Source: Parasitella parasitica NRRL 2501 (lineage: Eukaryota > Fungi > Mucoromycota). Taken from it: DNA of 42,906 nt. Both the position numbers and the translations under genes were made by a program. The notes under the pieces are model-generated. The model was not told where the DNA came from, did not search any database, and saw only the letters and a list, made by a program, of their open reading frames with translations. How positions within the stretch are numbered: position 1 is the first letter of the stretch; each line of letters starts with the position of its first letter. Location: positions 1-42,906 of the forward strand of contig MU619356.1 in NCBI GenBank assembly GCA_025201805.1. The letters run 5' to 3'. This document shows positions 36,473 to 42,906 of the stretch, piece by piece.

Positions 36473-37174
36473 TTAGTGATTATTACGAATGTAGGTATTT
36501 CCTAGACTATCCGTAATCAAGTCTACATTGTCCCCTTGGCTAGATGTCTCTTTTCCAGAGGTGTCATCCATGTCCTCTGAATCGTCATCCTCCTCTTCTG
36601 ACTCTCCCTCCTCTTCTGACTCGCCCTCCTCTTCTGAATCCTCATCCTCTTCGTCATCAAACGCAGCGAAAGCATTGTCGCGGTTATGGTTTTTGAACAA
36701 GTCGTCATCATCACTATCCCCCTCTTGTGGAGCGAGAGCTTTCTCCTTTTTAATGCGCTCGTCTTGCTCTAATTTTTTCAGGTATTCGTTCTGGACTTCA
36801 AGCACTTGGGCTGCGTCTCTGCACTTGGAATATCTCGACAGTAACCCGCCGTTGACTTTTCTGAATGCATGTCCCCATTTAAACTTGCCCAACAACGCCT
36901 CGCCGTGTTCAGGATATCCAGTAATGTAAAAAATGGCTGCCAATGCCTCTGCGCAGTTCAATTTCCAAGGTTTGCCATAGTTTACCGGATTCGTCGCCAC
37001 TAAATAAGGCAGTAATCGATCTGTGGGTCCTTTGATTTTGGAGAATGGGACTTCGTCTACACGGGCCCACGAACAGTCTACAACACCAGCGCCGTATAGT
37101 TCAACTATCTTGCGATCAGCTGGCGAAACGACCTTTTCGCCTATTGGACTTGTCTTACAGTGAGCACGTAGTTT

Positions 37175-37213
<39 letters not shown>

Positions 37214-37666
37214 AATGTACTGATTCTTACCTCGCCACAATGCCACGGAAACGCTGTGTCAGTTTCAGTGTATTCAGCATAGCACATCGAGCTAATTTTA
37301 CACCTGAACATCTCTTGGGATCGCAATGCTTGAAATCCCACATAGCAACAGGCATAGGAATGCTAGAAACATGACCTTCCTCAACTGCCATCCCACATTA
37401 GCCGATGCTTGCTAATGCATGCAATAATTGGAGTTACCTTGTCCATGTTCCTCGTCTATCCCGGGAGCAATTAAGCTAGCGTCAGCATATCTGTCATACC
37501 GCGAACTTTTGCTAGAACTTGACATGATGATGTTAAATCCAGGTTTGCCAGGCATGTGCTGGAGGTATACCTACTGAGACTTTCCGTGGCTTTTGGTGCT
37601 AGCGCCCTTATGGCTATGCGGCCTAGACGAACGGCTGCTATAATCTTCAGAGCTTTTTTTACCCAT
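36473..37666 (-). CDS. TSR3: 18S rRNA aminocarboxypropyltransferase, multi-exon
   Basis: VAMWDFKHCDPKRCSGVKL, VVDCSWAR, RLLPYLVATNPVNYGKPWKLNCAEALAA, FKWGHAF, acidic tail. ATG at 37666 (MGKKSS...). Confidence 0.95.
37176..37211. repeat. (CA)n microsatellite in a TSR3 intron
   Basis: About 18 CA units between the gtaag donor and the acceptor before 'PIGEK'. Confidence 0.9.
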
Positions 37667-37775
37667 TTTGTAACAAATAGAGAAAAAAAAAAAAAAAACA
37701 AAAAAAAAAAAAAAGTTTTTTTTTTAAGAAATAAAAATTTTTATAATATAAAACAACCGTTGGTTTCAAATGCAG

Positions 37776-39104
37776 CTATTGCAGATCTTCCTTGGCCCGC
37801 CACCATTCGGGCAAGAAAGGCTGTATGCGGACAGATTCATCATTGGCCGATGCAAACAGCTTTTCGTCGTTTTGGATGTGTTCCAGTCTCATCAATGCCA
37901 ACCCAATGTTGTGAACGCCAGAACAGAATTTGCCTACGCCTCTCTTACTAGTGCCCTCCACCAGTTTAATGTCTGTTTGTGGCTCAAGCACAGACGGCCA
38001 AGTGACACTACGATCAACTCCCTGGACCGCAGGAACCCTAAAAAAAAAAGAGACATAATACATGAATATCTAAACGTAGAACGCAGCCAAGCCCTGGCAG
38101 CAACACTCACGCTTCATCCTTGGTGTACACTTGTACAGGCACAATTCGCTTACGGACAACGCCAGTGTGGAACGTGCGAATTGTCAGTTCCTGCCCCACG
38201 TAGCATCCCTTGCGGAAATCCACTGCATTCATGTAATCGAAATTCGATTCCAGCGGCAGCGAAGCCTCAGGCCATAAATCGTCGGGTCCCTCAGGCAGTC
38301 CTTGGAGCATACGACGGATGGTGTACTCCTCGGCACCCAACGCCTCGAAATGGCCTGATGCGGGCAGGATATGCTGGATATCCTGGTTCGTTGCTAAAAC
38401 GGCTCGATACCCAAACCCAGGGATTCTAGGGTCCATGCAGCCAATATCGGAAAACCGCTTTTCCTTCTTGACCAAGGCAGGGTCTTCCTTGTTGAGCGCA
38501 GGGCCCCAAACGTGCCATAGTTTGTATTCCTCGGAACAGTCTCTCACTTTGACCTTGGCTCGCAGAATGTATCGTTTGAGGTGGCGCAAAAATGACGTCT
38601 TTGAAGCGCTGGGACAGTCGATGATGTACTTTGGATGTGGGAAATTGACGCCTACATTGACAGGGTAGATGAATGTGTCATACAGCATGCGGCCCTATAT
38701 TTTTTCAAGTGACATGAGTAGGCAAAAAGTCGCAATGCGGCTCACTAGCAATGGCTGCTGCTTACGGGAGGTGTCAAGAACGCAGCATAAAATCCATCGC
38801 CTCCAGGGGAGATCTTGGGCATGTGGTTTGTAATCAGACCTTGCAGAAACTTTGCTGTTTCGGGGCCCTCCAGCTCAAGCAAGCTGCGGCCAGGCACAGG
38901 ACTGTAATGGTCTCCCTTGTGGAGCTCATCCTTTTCTTGAAAGCGAGACGCTGGTGAGCTAGCAAAAGAACGAGCTGCCACCGCTAGCAAACAAAGTGTT
39001 AGTCATCCATCCAGCGGCATGCGCAGCTACAGAAATGTACGTTTTACTAGAGACGTCCTCGATAAAAGAGTCGAGTGTGTACGCAATATACTTTTCGCCA
39101 GCAT
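37776..39104 (-). CDS. IBA57: Mitochondrial Fe-S cluster assembly factor IBA57/CAF17 (YgfZ, GcvT-like fold), 4 exons
   Basis: RSLLELEGPETAKFLQGLITN, GRMLYD, LKRYILRAKV, DPR, LPLESNFD, signature KGCYVGQELTIRT..TGVVRKR, GLALMRLE. Presequence MLAKSILRTHST... Confidence 0.94.
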
Positions 39105-39359
39105 TGTTTACGAATCAAGTGCATTTTAATAGATTCGGGAAGCATTCATCAACCCCCCCCCCCCCACTCCCAGGAAGGCTTCCTAGTCACATTCGACAAT
39201 TGGAAAACCATGTGTCTGAGGAAGCCAGCAAACGAGTGAGCGGAGGGAAGAGGAGGGGAGGGGGGGGGGGGGGCTTTTATGATAACAGCAAATTACAACC
39301 CAGGGTCATTTTGACGTTTTCTCTATTTTTTTTATTTTTTATTTTTACATACAACAATA

Positions 39360-40019
39360 ATGCATCACGGCAAGCACTTGCGTCGTCTCAATCGTACGTC
39401 TGGACACAGAAACTCGCTGCTTAGAAACCTGGTTTCTTCGCTTGTTGAACATGGCCGAATCGAAACCACTGTTGCCAAGGCAAAAACCATCCAGCCTCTT
39501 GCCGATTCTATGATCACCCTGGGTAAGAAGGGTGATGTCGACGCAAAGAGACAAGCACTGGCCTATCTCAATGTAAGCATCTGTCCACATCTATCACATG
39601 TTCGTTGTCTAAACCCCTCCCCCCCATCCCACCCCTCTCTCTCTTTCTTTGCTGATTTCTAGAGCCGTGATATCACGATTCCTAAATTATTCGAGGAACT
39701 TGCTCCTCGTTTCGCCACTAGACAAGGCGGTTATACTCGCATTCAAAGAGTCGGCAAACGCTACGGAGATAATGCGCCTATGGCCATTATCGAATATGTC
39801 GATGGGCCTTCAGACACATTGAGGGAAATGGTAACCAGCACACTTGCACGCAGATTCTCAGAGACACAAAAGATATCCGTCAAAGACATGCTCGAACCCA
39901 ACAAAGTCGAGGAACTCGGCTTGCCAAAAGCACTTGTCCGTAATTTGAAGAAAGTGCAGTTTGCAAACTCTGTGGAAAGCATCGATCAAGCTATTGAGAA
40001 GAAGATGGCAGGCTTATAA
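39360..40019 (+). CDS. MRPL17: Mitochondrial ribosomal protein bL17m, 2 exons
   Basis: [66 protein letters not shown]. Intron about 39573-39663. Confidence 0.94.
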
Positions 40020-40703
40020 ATCCATTGGCTAAAATGAATAAAAAAAAATTATACATAGAGAAAAGGGGTAGTTTTTTTTTAAAGTTTGATGGATGATGGA
40101 TGAAGTTTGCGACACTGTTCTGCACAGGATGTCTTGACCAATGTTTGCAGTTGTCTCTTTAGCAAGACACCAAATAGATTGCCCCAAACTTCAGAGGGCC
40201 GTTTTTGCCATTAAATCAATTTTTTTTACTTGATATCTATATTGCACAAACAATTGCCGTTGAAACAGAGAAAACCGATGCAAGAAATGAAAACAGTGTG
40301 CACAGAATATATAGCTACTGGTATTTGATGCCACAACAAGGCAGTATTTGCTGGAGAGCACATGAAAATCTCAATCTCAAGGTGGTTAGTGCTGCTTTGG
40401 ATCATTTCATGGAAAAATTGACCATACCAGAATTTCAAAAGCCTACTTGGAGAGCTACACAGAGCTAGCTGATTATATAGGATACACTCTGGGGGGGGGA
40501 TATGAATGCCACGCCCTTTTACCTACATGGTGTTGCCGACAGTATCAACAGAAATCATGCATAGGTAGAATATTACGAGATTTTTTCAATGTGACATATC
40601 ACAAAATGATGGGGGGGGGTTTATTAGTGTGTTTTCAATTATATCATCAAGAAGCAGTTTTTTAATCATGTTACGGTATTTTTACTACCGTAGGCCATTA
40701 TGA

Positions 40704-42104
40704 TTATGCAGTCAAAGTAGCAGATTCCGACATATCCGACGTAGCGGATTCACGTCGAGCCGTAACAGAGGGGCCACCAGGCACCATAAGATAGCCAGAA
40801 GCGTCAATTTGGCTCTCGTTTTGGTTCAAAACAAAAGCAGCATCCTCCTCTGAAATATCCATATGATCGTTAGACATCTGAAAAGAGTTGGAAGGTGACA
40901 CAGAATAGGCACGGTCGGCAGGATAATGCACAGGACTTGGCAGAGGCGATTCTATATTAGGAACAAACGAAGGCAACTCGTCCTGTAGAGTAGCCTCATG
41001 GATGGCGATTTGAACGGGATAAGAAGGAGGTACCGTAGCAACGGTGATGGGCAGTGTGATGGTATCGAGGTGCTGCTGGCTGGAAAAGAGGCCGCTATTC
41101 TGATTGGGAAAAGTGATTTCAACTCGATACGCAATGTCAATGTACTTGCCCATCTTGTTGGTGAACGTAGGGACGAGATTGGAGGGTATATGGAATTTTA
41201 AAATGTCTTGCTGATCACGAGCCTGCTTTGCAATGGACACGTAAAAGGACTCGGACAGAATACTGTACTGCTTGTGGATATGCTCATTTTGAGCGGTGGC
41301 GGACTGACTCGGATTCAGCGTGGTGGCCACTGCAAGCAATTGCACCTGAACGCTGCTAATCTTTGTGTCTGAATTATTGTTGGTGGTGATCTTGACGGTG
41401 CAGAGATCGCCTAGCGCACGGCTAGTGTGTGAGAAAACATGGCAAAAATAATACAAAACATATTCTACAAACCTGGGCAGTAGGCTGGCTTGATCAATTT
41501 TGCAGTGACCTTGATCTTTTTGTCTTCCTTTTCAAAGACCTGGGTCATCTCTGAGGTTGGCAGATTGGTGGTAACCAAAGGCAGATAGATGACGGGAACA
41601 GTGGCTGTAAAATGAGGTTCAGAGGCGAGGTCAATCACGCCTTGCAAAGTGTAGCCAATACGATGCCCAAAATGCGAATCGTGCATGGAAGGCGGATAGT
41701 TGACCTGGGGTAAACGAATGGCAAACAGGTACATGTGGCTTCCCGATGGTAGCTCTGATTTCATGTCGGGTTCGCTGGCGTTTCCCCAAAGCACGGTTTC
41801 TACAGAGAATATGTTTGTCTTTACTTTCTTGGAGCTGTCCACCTCTTCGCATTTGAATATAACACGTATATCTTTAGCAGATAAAGCCTTGTCGTTTGTA
41901 ATCATCAACGACCCTACACAGTACGCGATAGCTATATCAGTATCTTTATCCCCCCCCCCTGATTTTTGCTGTTTGTTTTTCTTTACCATTGATAATGGAT
42001 CCAGGCCCATAGGCGATTGGTTTATCTGGATTGCCTGAGCCGGCAGATACATAAAAATTGTGTATCGATGCCAAATCAGTATTGTTTCTCCCAAAAAGCA
42101 TCAT
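40704..42104 (-). CDS. Alpha-arrestin (arrestin N and C domains), 3 exons
   Basis: YGPGSIING/SLMI, ELPSGSHMYLFAIRLPQVNYPPSM, IGYTLQG, YCPGD, IPSNLVPTF, IDIAYRVEI, LPITVATVPPSY, low-complexity Ser/Pro tail. Confidence 0.8.
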
Positions 42105-42565
42105 GATGGTTAGACAACAATAGAACGGGGATTAAAATAAGCAGAGCGAGAAGAGGCAGAAGAGGTGTGGAGATTATATCTGATAAGCAAAAAAGAAAGA
42201 AAAACGATAGAAAAAGAGGGAGAAGTGAGAAAACATCGCGATTAAATGTGTCTCGCTATCATCCCGTGATATTTTTTAGCGCTTTCGTAGGTGCATGTTT
42301 GTTGAAATAAATAAATAAAGAAGCACGTAGTTTTTGTATTGGGTTTGAATGCATGCCCATAAAATTTTAGTCATTTGCAATGGCTGATTGGTAAAAGCTT
42401 GAAGGCCTGACTCACACACGTTTTAGGAAATGTCTCCCCGGGATGATAAAAGAGATTATCATAAGCTTTCAAGGCGGTATAAAAAGGGCCAGGTTTTTTC
42501 ATTTTTTTTTTTCATTTCATTCTATTATTATACATCCTTTCATTCCTTCCAAAACTCGTACAAAC

Positions 42566-42694
42566 ATGCTCTCTCAAATTGCTCGTATTGTCGCTACCAA
42601 GAAGATGGTCTTCTCTGTTGTTGGTGCTTCTGCTGCTCTTGCATATGCACAAGAATGCAAGAACGATGTGATTTTCTATACCAAATCCAAGTAA
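42566..42694 (+). CDS. Putative 42-aa microprotein
   Basis: MLSQIARIVATKKMVFSVVGASAALAYAQECKNDVIFYTKSK*. tataaaa near 42478, pyrimidine-rich leader, aaacATG context, preferred codons (gct, gtt, gtc, aag), aataaa near 42838. Confidence 0.6.
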   Translation: MLSQIARIVATKKMVFSVVGASAALAYAQECKNDVIFYTKSK

Positions 42695-42906
42695 ATCAAG
42701 CAATGATCTCTCTTGGCTTTTTTTTTCGCTCAAAACACATCTGAACAAAAATTAAAAAAAAACTAGACAAAAACTACTTTACATTACTAAAACTACAACT
42801 ACTCCATTGCATTTTTACACCATCTATATATTTATTTAATAAACGCCTACATTTGATATCACAATCCGTTCTCTTTTTACTTTTTTTTTTTTTTTTTACC
42901 CGAATT

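Noticed and set aside
37556-38668. Plus-strand ORFs of 131, 219 and 116 aa overlapping IBA57 and TSR3
   Set aside because: Antisense to well-supported genes; no recognisable domains.
6555-39104. GCV2 and the GcvT-fold gene as a glycine-cleavage cluster
   Set aside because: The GcvT-fold gene has the KGCYxGQE signature of IBA57/YgfZ, not the T protein, and lies 28 kb away.
40150-40470. 87-aa ORF between MRPL17 and the arrestin gene
   Set aside because: Non-ATG start, no motif and no splice model; possibly a decayed fragment but unsupported.
1-42906. CRISPR arrays, rRNA or tRNA genes
   Set aside because: No repeat-spacer arrays or recognisable structural RNA seen by eye; a covariance-model scan would be needed to exclude small ncRNAs.

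Overview
Intron-rich, AT-rich eukaryotic DNA, very likely from a Mucorales fungus. The GH31 alpha-glucosidase closely resembles the Mucor javanicus enzyme as I recall it, and the short introns and transposon remnants fit. Left to right: a 2.7-kb block of decayed mobile DNA (two related element ends, a Tc1/IS630-type transposase remnant, a nuclease-like pseudogene); MLH3 (+); glycine dehydrogenase GCV2 (-); a long intergenic region with a 10-N gap; a SAM methyltransferase (+); a pyruvate dehydrogenase kinase-type gene (+); a secreted GH31 alpha-glucosidase (+). Next is a 3.2-kb, heavily decayed, intron-retaining pseudogene of coatomer alpha (COP1, -), which the ORF track shows only as unrelated fragments. 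A tandem pair follows: a circularly permuted ATP-grasp-like ligase and a UraA/RutG-type nucleobase permease (+). The gene-dense right end holds an orphan spliced gene, MZT1, PNKP/PNK1, COQ7, a peroxisomal SCP2 protein, TSR3, IBA57, mitochondrial bL17, an alpha-arrestin and a 42-aa microprotein. The best candidate for an undescribed system is the ATP-grasp ligase plus pyrimidine permease pair. All family calls come from motifs recognised by eye; no database searches were run, and splice sites were inferred by reading frames.
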